Assembly (NCBI GenBank): GCA_037481815.1
Contig: JBBFKX010000002.1
Coordinates: 169,663 to 233,662, forward strand
Direction: 5' to 3'
From: a candidate division WOR-3 bacterium
GTDB taxonomy: Bacteria; Hydrothermota; 32-111
DNA length: 64,000 bases
Part shown: in pieces, positions 39,026 to 52,827 of the stretch
Layout: every line of letters begins with the position of its first letter
Numbering within the stretch: position 1 is the stretch's first letter
Translations under genes and position numbers: made by a program
Notes under the pieces: generated by a model
Databases searched by the model: none
Told to the model about the DNA's origin: nothing
What the model saw: only the letters and a program-made list of their open reading frames with translations

Positions 39026-40199
39026 TTTTGAAAAACTCTTTGAGATCTTTTTCGGTGACTTTCACCACTTTTATATCATCCCTCTCAGGTATTTCAAACA
39101 TTATATCAAGCATATACGATTCGATTATAGATTTCAAGCCCCTCGCTCCCGTTTTCTTCTCTTCTGCTTGTTTCGCAATAAAATCAAGAGCACCATCTGT
39201 GAACTCAAGTTTCTTTCCATCAAGTAAAAGAAGTTTTTCATATTGTTTTATTATAGAATTTTCAGGTTCATATAAAATCTTTACAAGTTCTTCATGTGTT
39301 AGTTCAAAAAGTGGGGCTATTATTGGAAACCTTCCGATAAATTCAGGTATCATTCCAAAATTGATAAAATCTCTGTGTTCTACTTTTTTCAGAACCATCC
39401 TGTCAAAATCATCTTTATCAACATTATCATTTTTGAAACCTATTGTTGTTTTATCCATTCTTTCTTTGATTATCTGATCGATCGAGTTGAATGCACCCCC
39501 CGCTATAAAAAGAATGTTGGTTGTATCAAGCTGAATATATTTTTGTTCAGGGTGTTTCCTTCCACCATAGGGTGGGATGTTGGCTATCGTTCCTTCAAGT
39601 ATCTTCAAAAGTGCCTGCTGAACACCTTCTCCAGAAACATCTCTTGTGATCGATGGATTTCCAGCATTTTTACTACCTATCTTATCAATCTCATCAATAT
39701 AACATATTCCCACCTTTGCTCTTTCAAGATCAAAATCGGATGATATGATCAATCTGAGAAGTATGTTTTCAACATCCTCTCCAACATATCCTGCTTCAGT
39801 TAAAGATGTAGCATCAGAGATTGAGAAAGGAACATCAAGAATCTGAGCTAAGGTTCTTGCTATCAAGGTTTTTCCAACTCCTGTAGGTCCAAAAAGAAGA
39901 ATGTTTGACTTTTCTATCCCTCCTTTAACTCCTAATTTTATTCTTTTGTAATGGTTATAAACACCAACTGAAACAACCTTTTTGGCATATTCCTGACCTA
40001 CTATGTACTTATCAAGTTCATGCTTTATTTCTTTTGGAGTTGGAAGTTTTTTTATAATCCAATCATTTTCTTTGCTGTCTTGTTCTTTTTGTACAAGAAG
40101 TCCAGCACATTGAAAACAAAATTTTTTGTTATTTAATACTATATAATCAGAAGATATCTCTTTCAAACATCCTTCACATCGATTTTCATTTTTTTTCAT
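39018..40199 (-). CDS. clpX: ATP-dependent Clp protease ATP-binding subunit ClpX
   Basis: 393 aa. N-terminal C4 zinc finger ([15 protein letters not shown]), Walker A ([15 protein letters not shown]) and an IGF-loop region. Confidence 0.95.
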   Translation of the reverse strand: MKKNENRCEGCLKEISSDYIVLNNKKFCFQCAGLLVQKEQDSKENDWIIKKLPTPKEIKHELDKYIVGQEYAKKVVSVGVYNHYKRIKLGVKGGIEKSNILLFGPTGVGKTLIARTLAQILDVPFSISDATSLTEAGYVGEDVENILLRLIISSDFDLERAKVGICYIDEIDKIGSKNAGNPSITRDVSGEGVQQALLKILEGTIANIPPYGGRKHPEQKYIQLDTTNILFIAGGAFNSIDQIIKERMDKTTIGFKNDNVDKDDFDRMVLKKVEHRDFINFGMIPEFIGRFPIIAPLFELTHEELVKILYEPENSIIKQYEKLLLLDGKKLEFTDGALDFIAKQAEEKKTGARGLKSIIESYMLDIMFEIPERDDIKVVKVTEKDLKEFFKNG

Positions 40200-40785
40200 T
40201 TATTTTCCTTGATGTTATAACACTATCAATGATTCCATAATCTTTTGCCTCATCAGCACTCATCCAGAAATCTCTATCAGAATCAACCTCTATCTGTTTC
40301 AAATCTTTTCCTGTGTGAAGTGAGATTATCTCGTTGAGTTTCTGTTTTATTCTTAAAATCTCCTTTGCATGTATCTCTATATCTGATGCCTGTCCCTGAA
40401 CTCCTCCCATCGGTTGATGTATCAGTATCCTTGAATTCGGTAAAGCGAACCTTTTTCCCTTTGCTCCAGCCATAAGTATAACAGCTGCCATACTCGCTGC
40501 AACTCCCATACAGATTGTTGATACATCACATTTGATATACTGCATCGTATCGTAGATCGCAAGTCCACTGCTAACTATTCCACCATTCGAGTTGATATAA
40601 AGGTTTATATCTTTATCTGGATTATCGGCTTCAAGAAACAACATCTGTGCTATGATCAGATTCGCTGTCTCATCATCGATCGGTCCACCAAGAAAAATTA
40701 TTCGATCAACAAGAAGTCGAGAGTATATATCGTATCCTCTCTCTCCTCTTCCAGTTCTTTCAACAACCATCGGAATAAGAGTCAT
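40186..40785 (-). CDS. clpP: ATP-dependent Clp protease proteolytic subunit ClpP
   Basis: 199 aa. [17 protein letters not shown]...[18 protein letters not shown] contains the Ser-His-Asp context. Confidence 0.95.
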   Translation of the reverse strand: MTLIPMVVERTGRGERGYDIYSRLLVDRIIFLGGPIDDETANLIIAQMLFLEADNPDKDINLYINSNGGIVSSGLAIYDTMQYIKCDVSTICMGVAASMAAVILMAGAKGKRFALPNSRILIHQPMGGVQGQASDIEIHAKEILRIKQKLNEIISLHTGKDLKQIEVDSDRDFWMSADEAKDYGIIDSVITSRKINEKK

Positions 40786-40804
40786 AAAAACTCCTTTTTT
40801 AATT

Positions 40805-42043
40805 TTAAACTATTTCCACTCTGCTGTTTATAAGATCCATCGCTTTATTGTAAATTATTGATTTTTCGATTTCCTCTCTCACACCTTCATCATCTGCCAT
40901 CTCTCTCACTTTTGAGTTTGGATGCTGTTTTATTTTGTTTATTTCATCCTGAATCTCTTCCTCTGTTGCTTTTATATTTTCCTGCAAGGATATTCTTGTT
41001 AAGATTATCTCTCTCTTTGCTCTCCAGACAGCATAGTTAAGGTATAGTTCCTGAAGTTTTTCATCATTTTCAAACTCTTTTCTTCCTGAATTTTTCAAAG
41101 AGTTCAATATCGATTCAAGATGCATCTGAACAAGAGATTTCGGTGGTTCAAAAGGATTCTGTTCTATAATATAGTTTATGATCTTCTCTTCCTTTTCAAG
41201 TTCATAATCTCTGTTAATATCGTTTTCAAGCCGTTTTCTTGTGATATCCTTCAAACTCTGAAAACTTTCAAATCCAAAGTTTTTAGCAAAAACTTCATCA
41301 TCGTTTTCAACAATTTTTCTTTTGACCTGTTTTACATCTATTCCTATCGTTACCTTCTTTCCTTTGAGTAATTCATCCTGGTAATCCTCAGGATACTGAT
41401 AATCGAATTCTACTTTATCTCCCCTCTTTTTACCCTTTAAATTTTCTATGAAAACAGGAAGTATCTCTCCTTCAGTTAATTCGATCGAAAAATCTTTATA
41501 GTTTAAATCCTCGATCTCTTTTCCATCTTGATCTTTAAAACTCAAATCGACTATCGCAATGTCTCCTATCTCTATTTCACCTTCTTTATCCTCAATTTTT
41601 GCATAAAGATTTTTCAAAAGTTTTATATTGTTCTGTATCATTTCATCATCAACATCTTTCTTTTTTATGTTTATTTTTATTTTGTCATAATTTTTGATCT
41701 CGATTTCTGGATAGATATCAAATTCAACAACAAAATTGATTTTTTCAATCCCTTTTTCAACTTTTGAAACTACAGGTCTTGAAAGAATATGGAATTCCCT
41801 TTCTTTCAAAACATTTAAAAAACCTCTCTGAATGAGTTTTTCCTCTGTTTCCTCTTCTATCTGAGTTTTGTATTTACTTTCGATTAGATTCTCTGGAACT
41901 TTACCAGGTCTGAAGCCATCAATTTTAACTTCATTTTTGATTTCCTGTAAAACTCGTTTGTATTCAACAAGAAACTCTTCGTTGGTAAAACTTATGTTTA
42001 AAACAACATGCCAGTTTTCCTTCTGTTCAAAATTGTATTCCAT
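40805..42043 (-). CDS. tig: Trigger factor
   Basis: 412 aa. N-terminal ribosome-binding region (..GFRPGKVP..), a central FKBP-like domain, and a C-terminal helical arm. Conserved tig-clpP-clpX order. Confidence 0.85.
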   Translation of the reverse strand: MEYNFEQKENWHVVLNISFTNEEFLVEYKRVLQEIKNEVKIDGFRPGKVPENLIESKYKTQIEEETEEKLIQRGFLNVLKEREFHILSRPVVSKVEKGIEKINFVVEFDIYPEIEIKNYDKIKINIKKKDVDDEMIQNNIKLLKNLYAKIEDKEGEIEIGDIAIVDLSFKDQDGKEIEDLNYKDFSIELTEGEILPVFIENLKGKKRGDKVEFDYQYPEDYQDELLKGKKVTIGIDVKQVKRKIVENDDEVFAKNFGFESFQSLKDITRKRLENDINRDYELEKEEKIINYIIEQNPFEPPKSLVQMHLESILNSLKNSGRKEFENDEKLQELYLNYAVWRAKREIILTRISLQENIKATEEEIQDEINKIKQHPNSKVREMADDEGVREEIEKSIIYNKAMDLINSRVEIV

Positions 42044-42062
42044 AAATACTCCTTATATTTTA

Positions 42063-42145
42063 TGCGAAAGGGGGGAGTTGAACCCCCACAGTGTTACCTA
42101 CTGGATCCTAAGTCCAGCGCGTCTGCCAATTCCGCCACTTTCGCG
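42063..42145 (-). tRNA. tRNA-Leu, anticodon UAG, long variable arm; CCA not encoded
   Basis: Minus strand reads GCGAAAGUGGCGGAAUUGGCAGACGCGCUGGACUUAGGAUCCAGUAGGUAACACUGUGGGGGUUCAACUCCCCCCUUUCGCA. Acceptor stem GCGAAAG/CUUUCGC, D-arm GGCGGAAUUGGCAGACGC, anticodon stem-loop CUGGA-CUUAGGA-UCCAG (anticodon UAG), long extra arm, T-arm GGGGGUUCAACUCCCCC. Confidence 0.85.
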
Positions 42146-42221
42146 GATTTAATTTTTTATTTTATATAATAAAATTATATCTGTCAATAATGATGGGAAC
42201 TATGTAAAGTAAAAAAATCAG

Positions 42222-43202
42222 TTATTTTACCCTATCAAGATTTTCCTTATATTTTTTTGTATCCTCGTTATTTTCACCATTCTCTTTTTTGGATAGATCG
42301 TAGGCTTTCTGATAATACTTTTTAGCATCCGATTTTTTCCCTAACTTTTCATAAGCAAGACCCATATTGTTATAAGTATTTGCAAGTTCAATGTTATTTT
42401 TCGACTTCTCAAAAACCTCAGTAGCCTTTTTATAATATTCAAGGGCTTTATTGTATTCACCCGTATAATCGTATAACACACCATAGTCGTTGTATGTTAC
42501 ACCTAATTGATTGTTATTGTACCCACCATTAACCTTTAAAACACTTAGAGATTTTTCAAAATATGGTTGTGCACCTTCATAATCATCTGAATTTATATAA
42601 AGCCAGGCAAGTGTTCTATAATCTACACCAACAAGGGTATCATTTTTTCCATAAGTTTTTTCTTCAACCTCTATCATTTTTTTCATATATTTTATAGCGT
42701 TAGGATAATCATAAGCGTATTCATAAATCTGATAAAGATCATAGTAAGGCATAATAAGATTTTCGTTGTAATCACCATAACTGTTGTTTTCCTCAAACCA
42801 GTTTACTGCATCTAAGAGATTTTCAGTTGCAAGATCATCGTAAAAATAATCAAAATAAAGATCTCCAAGATTTGTTTTAACTATCGCAACATTCTTCTTC
42901 TCAGCATCACCACTCGCTTTGAAGGCGGTTATACTTTTATTGAAATATGTTTCAGATTCATCAAACTTATCAAGTTTTTTCGATATGAGTCCAAGGATAT
43001 TGTAAGCATGTCCTGCCTCAACACTTTTTGAATCATACTTATTTAAAGTGTAATCGAGTAATTCTTGCGCTTTTTTATATCCCATCTCATAGTTTCCATT
43101 TGTGTAATAATTGTTTACGGTATCATATTTATCCTGCCATTCATCAGCAAAAGCAAAAAGAGTAAAAATTAACATAATAACCAAAACAAAAAACTTTTTC
43201 AT
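42222..43202 (-). CDS. Secreted TPR-repeat protein
   Basis: 326 aa. Signal peptide MKKFFVLVIMLIFTLFAFA, then TPR-like units (AGHAYNILGLI.., ALEYYKKATEVFEKS.., ANTYNNMGLAYEKLGK..). Confidence 0.65.
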   Translation of the reverse strand: MKKFFVLVIMLIFTLFAFADEWQDKYDTVNNYYTNGNYEMGYKKAQELLDYTLNKYDSKSVEAGHAYNILGLISKKLDKFDESETYFNKSITAFKASGDAEKKNVAIVKTNLGDLYFDYFYDDLATENLLDAVNWFEENNSYGDYNENLIMPYYDLYQIYEYAYDYPNAIKYMKKMIEVEEKTYGKNDTLVGVDYRTLAWLYINSDDYEGAQPYFEKSLSVLKVNGGYNNNQLGVTYNDYGVLYDYTGEYNKALEYYKKATEVFEKSKNNIELANTYNNMGLAYEKLGKKSDAKKYYQKAYDLSKKENGENNEDTKKYKENLDRVK

Positions 43203-43225
43203 TTCTCCTCCTTCTGTTAAAAAAG

Positions 43226-43435
43226 TTATTTTTTGTTACAGGTGTTTATTTTAAAGGGAACATAGAGAAGACAAAAACCTGTTATTGCGGTTATAAGTAA
43301 TATTCCCCCAAAAATGTAAAAGATCCATAATTTTGTAATATAACCTATCACAGTAAAAATTAATGAGAGAACTATCCTGATTATCCTATCGATCTTTCCA
43401 ACATTACATTTCATTTTTCCTCCTTTAAAAATCAT
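43226..43435 (-). CDS. DUF2892 (YgaP-like) small inner-membrane protein
   Basis: 69 aa. NVGKIDRIIRIVLSLIFTVIGY....ITAITGFCLLYVPFKINTC matches the DUF2892 pattern (N.G..DRi.Ri..G..l.....TG.t.fCPlY..lGinTC). Confidence 0.65.
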   Translation of the reverse strand: MIFKGGKMKCNVGKIDRIIRIVLSLIFTVIGYITKLWIFYIFGGILLITAITGFCLLYVPFKINTCNKK

Positions 43436-43770
43436 CCTGGTGGCCAGTTCATCTTTCTTCCACCAAGGATATGGAAATGAAGATGAAAAACTGACTGCCC
43501 CGCTTCTGTTCCAACATTCGAAACGACTCTATAACTTTCAAGACCGACTTTTTTCGCAACTTTTGAAATATTTTCAACCAAAACACTTATCAAGTTTTTG
43601 TCATCCTCATCTATCTTATCGATCGATTCAATATGTTTTTTGGGTATAAGGAGTATGTGAACCGGTGCCTGTGGAGAGATATCCTTAAAAGCTATACACA
43701 GATCATCCTCATAAACGATCTGAGAATTTATCTCCTTTTTTGCGATTTTACAAAAAATACAATCAGTCAT
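43432..43770 (-). CDS. HIT-family (histidine triad) nucleotide hydrolase
   Basis: 112 aa. CIFCKIAKKE..., a PQAPVHILLIPKKHI block and the HxHxHxx motif HLHFHILGG. Confidence 0.85.
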   Translation of the reverse strand: MTDCIFCKIAKKEINSQIVYEDDLCIAFKDISPQAPVHILLIPKKHIESIDKIDEDDKNLISVLVENISKVAKKVGLESYRVVSNVGTEAGQSVFHLHFHILGGRKMNWPPG

Positions 43771-44449
43771 TCTTTGCCCCTTTGAGATAATGTATTATTG
43801 AAAGAAAAGCAACCGCAAAAGTTTCGGTTCTTAATACAGCAACATCAAAGAAGAAAGGTTTTACTCCATTTTTTATCAAGAACTCCTCCTCCTCTTTTGT
43901 GAATCCCGAAGGTGGTCCAATAAAAATATTAACAGATTCGCTTTTAAATTCAATAGTTTTTTTTGTCTTGTTCTCAAGTGAACCAAAAAATGAATCGATA
44001 CTCCTATCAAAATCAAGTTTAAAAAGTTCTACTGGTTCATTGTAAACTGGAACTTTAAACCTTCTTGATTGTTTTACAGCAGATTTCAAGATTGAAAAAA
44101 CTCGATCCTTTTTCAAAGGATATTTTTCACTTTTTTGTGTTATAACAGGATTGAAAGATCTAACACCAAGTTCAGTGCATTTTTCAAAAATAAACTTCAT
44201 CCTGTTTTTATCACATAATCCAAAATAGAGGTTTACAAATTCATTTTCATTCGAATGATCAACCTTGATCAATTCATATATGTTACCATTCTTATCAACA
44301 GTACCAGAATACAGTATTCCATCCCCTGTTGTGAACAATATTTTTGAAGGAACTCTTATCCTGTAAACTGTAAGGTGGTGCAGTTCATCTTCTGGAAGAA
44401 AAAATTTTTCACCTTTTTTTTCTGCAAAAAAAATCGGTTCAACCATCAA
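43763..44449 (-). CDS. rsmE: 16S rRNA (uracil1498-N3)-methyltransferase RsmE-like
   Basis: 228 aa, PUA-like N-terminus and SPOUT C-terminus. The position immediately after dnaJ matches the conserved dnaJ-(prmA)-rsmE neighbourhood of Firmicutes-type dnaK operons. Confidence 0.7.
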   Translation of the reverse strand: MMVEPIFFAEKKGEKFFLPEDELHHLTVYRIRVPSKILFTTGDGILYSGTVDKNGNIYELIKVDHSNENEFVNLYFGLCDKNRMKFIFEKCTELGVRSFNPVITQKSEKYPLKKDRVFSILKSAVKQSRRFKVPVYNEPVELFKLDFDRSIDSFFGSLENKTKKTIEFKSESVNIFIGPPSGFTKEEEEFLIKNGVKPFFFDVAVLRTETFAVAFLSIIHYLKGAKND

Positions 44450-45567
44450 AGAATCTTTTCAAGTTCTTTCAAAAGATTTTTTACTCTTAAATCGACATTT
44501 TGTGGAACCTCAATGTTGACTTTCACAAGTAAATCTCCAACTTTTTTTGGATTATTCGGATCGGGTAAACCTTTTCCCTTAATAACAAAAGTTTTTCCTG
44601 ATTCGGTCCCCTGTGGGATTTTCAACTTTATCTTTTTACCATCTATTGTATCAATCGTGACTTCACCACCTAAAACCGCTGTTGGGTATTTGATATAAAT
44701 TTCAGTTTTGAGATTATCATCCTCTCGAACAAATCTTTTGTGTGGAACCTCCTGAAAAACGATGATAAGATCACCATATCTGCCACCATTTTTTCCAGCA
44801 TTTCCCTCTCCCTGTATTCTCATATAAGAGTTATCGTAAACCCCGGCAGGTATATCAACTTTCACACTGTGCTCAACTTTAACAACACCTTCTCCAAAAC
44901 AATCTTTACACTTTTTACCAACAACCTTTCCATCTCCTGAACATGTCGGACATGTTGCGACCTGAACTATTGTTCCAAACATCGATTGTTTCTTATATTT
45001 CCTCTGCCCTGTTCCTTTACAATCCGGACAAACCGTGATATCTGTTCCACCTTTACCATCACATGTTTTACACTTCTCATATCTTGTATATTTTAAAGTT
45101 TTTGTGGTTCCAGAATATATCTCTTCAAGAGTTAATCTCAAATTTATTTTTATATCTTTACCTTTTCGCTCCTGTTCATAATATTTTTCACTTCTTCTTT
45201 CGGAAAACCCTCCACCGAACAGATCCTCAAAAATAGACGAACCAAAACCTCCCCTTGAACCAAAGAACTCTTTAAAGATATCTGAAATATCCTCAGCGTG
45301 AGAAAAATCCTGCCAGCTGAAACCACCCTGACTGAACTGACCGGATACTCCTTCATATCCATAGGTATCATAGAGTTTTCTTTTTTCAGGATCGATCAGA
45401 ACCTCATACGCCTCCGATATCTCTTTAAACTTTTTTTCAGCTTCCTCTTTGTTGTCCTTGTTCAGATCAGGATGATATTTTTTCGCAAGCGCCCGATACG
45501 CCTTTTTTATTTCCTCGGGCGTTGCGTTTCTATCAACATTTAAAATTTTATAGTAATCCTTTTCCAT
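44446..45567 (-). CDS. dnaJ: Chaperone DnaJ
   Basis: 373 aa. J-domain ([24 protein letters not shown]), G/F-rich linker, and four CxxCxG zinc motifs ([32 protein letters not shown]). Confidence 0.95.
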   Translation of the reverse strand: MEKDYYKILNVDRNATPEEIKKAYRALAKKYHPDLNKDNKEEAEKKFKEISEAYEVLIDPEKRKLYDTYGYEGVSGQFSQGGFSWQDFSHAEDISDIFKEFFGSRGGFGSSIFEDLFGGGFSERRSEKYYEQERKGKDIKINLRLTLEEIYSGTTKTLKYTRYEKCKTCDGKGGTDITVCPDCKGTGQRKYKKQSMFGTIVQVATCPTCSGDGKVVGKKCKDCFGEGVVKVEHSVKVDIPAGVYDNSYMRIQGEGNAGKNGGRYGDLIIVFQEVPHKRFVREDDNLKTEIYIKYPTAVLGGEVTIDTIDGKKIKLKIPQGTESGKTFVIKGKGLPDPNNPKKVGDLLVKVNIEVPQNVDLRVKNLLKELEKIL

Positions 45568-45573
45568 CTTTTA

Positions 45574-48113
<2,540 letters not shown>

Positions 48114-48169
48114 AGTATTTCCCTATCTTTTTTATGTTAATTTAATTTAAGTTTCCTTCCTGTCAAGGT

Positions 48170-50815
48170 TTAATTTATAAAAGTAAATTTTTTCGTTAGA
48201 ACTCTTTCAGGCAGTTCAACCCTTATGAAATATATTCCATTACGAAGTTCAGGATTCAAAATCAACTCAGTTTTGTCCTTAACAAAATAAGAAGAAGTTA
48301 AATAAACTAACCTTCCGGAACTATCATAAATTTTAATTTTAGCAAACACACTTTTATCGGTTATATAATTTATCTTTACCTTCCCGGAAGTGTAAAATTC
48401 AAGATGAAATTGAAAATCTTTAAATTCGAGTTTTTCATCAAGAGTATAGTAAGGTGAAAACTTTGCAAAGAAAACACCATATTCGTTATCTGAAATAAAA
48501 ACTCTTTTTGAAAGTGTATCTACCAAAACTTTTTCAACTCTGTTATTTGGATAAAAACTTGATATTTCATTAAGTCCTTCAAATGTATATATCCCAAAAC
48601 CTTTTGTGTTGTTATAACCTACAAGACCATTTTCAATAAGAGACAACCTGTTCGTTGTTCCAATATTTTTGCTTTCAACAAAAACGGGATTCAAAGGATC
48701 TGTGATGTTATATCTTACAATTCCTGAATTTACAGCCGCAAGATAAAGATTGTTATCTTTTATTTCACAGAAGGATTCATTATAACTTGTTGAGAATAGT
48801 GATATTTTTGTAACACCATTTGAAGGATAAGATGTTTTCATGATATAGATTCCGTTCAGAAGATCGGTTAGATAAAATATAGAATCCACTATAGCGGTTG
48901 AGGTATAATATTTAAGAGTTCCCTCACTGAAACTTCCAGCATTTTCAAACTTATAATCAGATTTGATATTTAAAACATAGAAAACCGATTGGGTTGTCAG
49001 AAATATAACATTATCTTTAATATCTAAATCTGAAATATTCTGAACAACTTTAAACGAATCTATCAAGGAAGTTGAATTCAGATTAAAAGTGTGTATGGAG
49101 TTGTCGGTTACTAAAACAAAAATCGAATCGTTAATCATTTTAAATCTTTTGTAGTTACGGCCATCATAATATATCTGTGAAACTTCAATAAGAGTTGTGT
49201 CCGAAAGATCAAGTTCATACAAGCCATAAGTTCCTGCACAAACCCATACGTTTCCATTTACAAAATCGATATCGTATGTATTCGATAGATCAAAAGTATA
49301 AGATTTCAAATTGATATTGTTTGTGTCAGAACAATCTATTATGTTCAAAGGATTGTAAACACCATCCGTAGCGATCAAAGAGGATAAAATGTTATAAAAT
49401 TCTGCTGAGATATGGACCTGCCCTGAAATTTCTGGTGTAAAGTATGAGAAAGTATCAAAAGTTTCATTTATAAAATTTTTTGTTGTAAAATTGTTATTCG
49501 TCCAGTAAAGTTTTGTTGAAAAGAGTGAATCAGAGATATTTTTAAAATAAATTTTTCCTTTTAATCCCTTAAAATATTTTCTGCTATTAATATTAAGGTT
49601 ACCTGTTCTAAAACTGTTACCACCTGCAGGTTTAACTTCATAAACACAGGAATAGGATAATTCTCCATTGACATAGGTGTAAAGATTCCAGAAAGGTTCA
49701 GTGTAATCCCATGTGTTATGTACCTGCACAAGAGTATCTGTTCCACCATCATCATAACCTATTCCAACAACAGAGTGACCGATATATTCTCCCTGATAGT
49801 AATAGTTTAAAACAGCCCAATGCACAGGTCTTATCGAATCGATTTCATTTTTTATATATCTATAAAAAAAGGTATCAGAAGTTTGACCATAAACATGTTG
49901 TCCTAAAGTAAACGAATATGGATGGTTTGTGTTCGCAAAAGTTGAATGTGCAGGTTTTATACTGTAAACAGATGTCCCACCTTCGTAAATCGAATCGGTA
50001 TTCATAAGTATTGCAAGTTGTCTCTGTGTAGAGGGAACATTGTATCTATACGAGCCCAAAACATTATCATACCTTGTAAAGTAATAATCTACAAAATCAC
50101 CATATCCTCTGGTATCATAATAGGAAAAGATCATAGCAGAAGATGTTGGAGAACATCCATAGGACCATAGAACAAAAGGAACATCTGGAATATAGTTTGT
50201 CGATTTTTTATCAGAAATTTTATATTCTCCTTTTAACACCTTTTGCCATTTATCACTTATAACATCATTTTTTTTAAAACCAATTTTTTTGTATGTTTTA
50301 TAAGTTGCAAGATCGAGAACACCATCTTTGTTTTCATAAAAGAATCTGCCAAAACCTGCATAGTATAAAGTTTTTCCATCTTCTAAATTGAAATATCGTT
50401 TTAATTTTTTCCAGTTTGTTATGAAATATGGGATCCCTTGTGAATACTCAAGGATCACGTTGTTTTCCTTCCTTGCAGAAATTATGATATAACCAACCCT
50501 ATCTTTAAATGATAAAATTTCTCCATAAAAATTTTTATTTTCAAGATCTTCTATTTGAACTAACAAACTATTAAAATCAACTTTTTCATCATATGAAAAG
50601 AAAAACATGTATGCGTAAAGATGATCATCGAGGTATGAAAGGTATAAAGGTTCTTCATTTAAAATGTACTTTGAATCCAAACTTTTGACTTTTGAAAGAG
50701 CAATATTCATGGCAGTTTGAAGATCCACAAAATTATCTTCGATAACAGGTATTTTAAACTGGGCAAAGATCGATATCGCGATGAGCGGGAACAAAAAAAC
50801 AAAAAATTTTTTCAT
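48170..50815 (-). CDS. Secreted peptidase C10 (streptopain/PrtT)-like cysteine peptidase with a C-terminal T9SS-type sorting domain
   Basis: 881 aa. Signal peptide MKKFFVFLFPLIAISIFA. Catalytic-Cys context WSYGCSPTSSAMIFSYY (compare C10 GCVATAMAQIMKY) and His context GHSVVGIGYDDGG (compare C10 GHAFVVDGY). The C-terminal ~70 aa (KIKIYDSSGRLVYL...NGIYFIRVEL...TKKFTFIN) match the Por/T9SS C-terminal-domain pattern. Confidence 0.6.
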   Translation of the reverse strand: MKKFFVFLFPLIAISIFAQFKIPVIEDNFVDLQTAMNIALSKVKSLDSKYILNEEPLYLSYLDDHLYAYMFFFSYDEKVDFNSLLVQIEDLENKNFYGEILSFKDRVGYIIISARKENNVILEYSQGIPYFITNWKKLKRYFNLEDGKTLYYAGFGRFFYENKDGVLDLATYKTYKKIGFKKNDVISDKWQKVLKGEYKISDKKSTNYIPDVPFVLWSYGCSPTSSAMIFSYYDTRGYGDFVDYYFTRYDNVLGSYRYNVPSTQRQLAILMNTDSIYEGGTSVYSIKPAHSTFANTNHPYSFTLGQHVYGQTSDTFFYRYIKNEIDSIRPVHWAVLNYYYQGEYIGHSVVGIGYDDGGTDTLVQVHNTWDYTEPFWNLYTYVNGELSYSCVYEVKPAGGNSFRTGNLNINSRKYFKGLKGKIYFKNISDSLFSTKLYWTNNNFTTKNFINETFDTFSYFTPEISGQVHISAEFYNILSSLIATDGVYNPLNIIDCSDTNNINLKSYTFDLSNTYDIDFVNGNVWVCAGTYGLYELDLSDTTLIEVSQIYYDGRNYKRFKMINDSIFVLVTDNSIHTFNLNSTSLIDSFKVVQNISDLDIKDNVIFLTTQSVFYVLNIKSDYKFENAGSFSEGTLKYYTSTAIVDSIFYLTDLLNGIYIMKTSYPSNGVTKISLFSTSYNESFCEIKDNNLYLAAVNSGIVRYNITDPLNPVFVESKNIGTTNRLSLIENGLVGYNNTKGFGIYTFEGLNEISSFYPNNRVEKVLVDTLSKRVFISDNEYGVFFAKFSPYYTLDEKLEFKDFQFHLEFYTSGKVKINYITDKSVFAKIKIYDSSGRLVYLTSSYFVKDKTELILNPELRNGIYFIRVELPERVLTKKFTFIN

Positions 50816-50824
50816 ATATCCCTC

Positions 50825-51178
50825 CTATTTGTTGGGGATAACACAGATAAACTTGAAATCCTCTTCAAAAGGATTTTTAAATTGATGTATTTCGTTTGGT
50901 TCAACATAAACAAAATCGCCAACTCCTATTTCCCTTTCCCCCTCAGAGGAAACAACTATACCTTTTCCACTTTCAACTTTTACAAGGTGTTCAAAGTCAT
51001 GAGTATGAAGGGGTGAATGTCCACCGGGTTTTACCGTAAAAAGCCGCATGATTATTCTTGTTGAACCTTCTTTTATTCCTATTGGAATCTGCCTTTCAAC
51101 ATTTTTTACACCATCATCTGTCACTATATCTTTTTTAACATGATCGATATTGTTTATCTTCATATCAATACTCCTCAT
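50825..51178 (-). CDS. Cupin-domain protein
   Basis: 117 aa with two-His cupin motifs (GGHSPLHTHDFEH ... GDFVYVEPNEIHQF). Confidence 0.6.
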   Translation of the reverse strand: MRSIDMKINNIDHVKKDIVTDDGVKNVERQIPIGIKEGSTRIIMRLFTVKPGGHSPLHTHDFEHLVKVESGKGIVVSSEGEREIGVGDFVYVEPNEIHQFKNPFEEDFKFICVIPNK

Positions 51179-51812
51179 GTGGATCTTTTTGTTTTATCAA
51201 CTTCTTGTAATTTTCACCATAATAATCTCTTGCCTTCACAATCTTAATCTCTTTCATGTAATCACCTTTTGAGATTTTGTCTAAAACTTCAATCTTTTCA
51301 ATTACCTGGCCGAAAACCGTATATTTCCCATCAAGATGTGGTGTTGAATCAAGACATATATAGAATTGACTACCTGCAGAGTTTGGATCCTGTGCTCTTG
51401 CCATAGCAACTGTCCCTTTGATATGCTTTATATCGTTAAATTCAGCATCTATAGTATAACCTGGCCCTCCCATGTTTGTATTATCGGGACTACCCGTCTG
51501 GATCACAAATTTTGGTTCCACCCGGAAAATTATCAATCCGTTGTAAAATTTTTTCAACGATAATGTTAGAAAATTTTTAACATGGTTTGGTGCCTTTTCA
51601 GGATAAAATCTTATAACCATCGTATCCTCTTCTTTTCCATCTTTTGATTGCCATACGAATAAGGCAAGGTAATCTTTCTTAAAATCAAAATTTTTTAAAG
51701 GATCTATAGTTTTCGTTTCCATCTTCTCCTCTTTTTTTGTTTCATTTTTATCACATCCATAAAATGAAAAGATTAAAAAAATTATAAGAATGCTATAAAC
51801 GATTCTTTTCAT
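51165..51812 (-). CDS. Cyclophilin-type peptidyl-prolyl cis-trans isomerase, lipoprotein
   Basis: 215 aa. Lipoprotein signal (LIFSFYGC) and a cyclophilin core (HVKNF..FYNGLIFHRV-like region, FVIQTGSP, TVAMARAQDPNSAGSQFYICL, TVFGQVIEKIEVLDKI). Confidence 0.85.
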   Translation of the reverse strand: MKRIVYSILIIFLIFSFYGCDKNETKKEEKMETKTIDPLKNFDFKKDYLALFVWQSKDGKEEDTMVIRFYPEKAPNHVKNFLTLSLKKFYNGLIIFRVEPKFVIQTGSPDNTNMGGPGYTIDAEFNDIKHIKGTVAMARAQDPNSAGSQFYICLDSTPHLDGKYTVFGQVIEKIEVLDKISKGDYMKEIKIVKARDYYGENYKKLIKQKDPHEEY

Positions 51813-51822
51813 TTTTAACCTC

Positions 51823-52803
51823 CTATTTTCTTAAGGTTATAAGATAAAGATAAACAAGATAAGATATAAGCATAAAAAAAGAACCTTTTTTGCCTATAGA
51901 ATGTTTTTTCCCAAGAAACATCAGTCCAAAAAGTAAAAAAGTTGAATACAGTAAAACTAAAATATCAAAGTTGAAAAACTGTTTATAGCCAACATTGTTT
52001 ATCAAACTGGATATTCCAAGAATAAAAAGAATATTAAAAATGTTTGATCCGATGATATTTCCTATTGCAATATCACTATTCTTTTTATATGAAGCAACCG
52101 CAGATGTCACAAGTTCAGGTAGTGAAGTTCCAACAGCAACAACCGTAAGAGAAATGAAAGCTTCTGAAATTTTTAAAAACCTTGCAATAAATATGGCAGA
52201 GGAAACAAAAAATTTTGCTGATACGAAAAGAAATATCATTCCTGCAATTATGAAAAGAATAGATTTTCTAAAACTAAAAATTTTAATATTCTCTTCCACA
52301 ACAGGTTCAACTTTTGCAATCTTTATAATATAGTATAAAAAAAATATAAAAAATATCAAAAACACCATACCTTCACTTCTTGATAGAGAGTTTGAAAAAT
52401 CTGAACCATTTATAAGATCATCGTTTAAAAAAATAAAAAGAATAAAGGCGGCAAAGAAGGAAAAAGGAATCTCTTTATAGGTGGTGTTCTTTTTTACAAC
52501 TATAGGATTTATAAGACCTGAAATACCAAGTATCAAAAGGATATTTGTGATGTTGGATCCGATTATGTTTCCCAAAACTATATCGTTATGTTTTGAAAAA
52601 GAGGAAATAATATTTATAACAAGTTCAGGTAACGATGTCCCCATTGAGACGAGAGTAAGACCGATAACTATCTGTGATACTTTGAAATGTTTCGCTATCG
52701 ATGATGAACCAGCAACAAAAAAATCTGCCGACTTTATCAAAACAAAAAGCGAAACCAAACATATTATTACCTGTAAAAAAAACATAAAAAAATTATATAC
52801 CAA
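51823..52803 (-). CDS. Na+/Ca2+ exchanger family (CaCA, YrbG-like) membrane protein
   Basis: 326 aa with two internal alpha-repeats (GTSLPELVINIISS.. / GTSLPELVTSAVAS.. and GNIIGSNITNIL / GNIIGSNIFNIL). Confidence 0.8.
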   Translation of the reverse strand: MVYNFFMFFLQVIICLVSLFVLIKSADFFVAGSSSIAKHFKVSQIVIGLTLVSMGTSLPELVINIISSFSKHNDIVLGNIIGSNITNILLILGISGLINPIVVKKNTTYKEIPFSFFAAFILFIFLNDDLINGSDFSNSLSRSEGMVFLIFFIFFLYYIIKIAKVEPVVEENIKIFSFRKSILFIIAGMIFLFVSAKFFVSSAIFIARFLKISEAFISLTVVAVGTSLPELVTSAVASYKKNSDIAIGNIIGSNIFNILFILGISSLINNVGYKQFFNFDILVLLYSTFLLFGLMFLGKKHSIGKKGSFFMLISYLVYLYLITLRK

Positions 52804-52827
52804 TAAAATTTAAAGTAAATATGAAAA

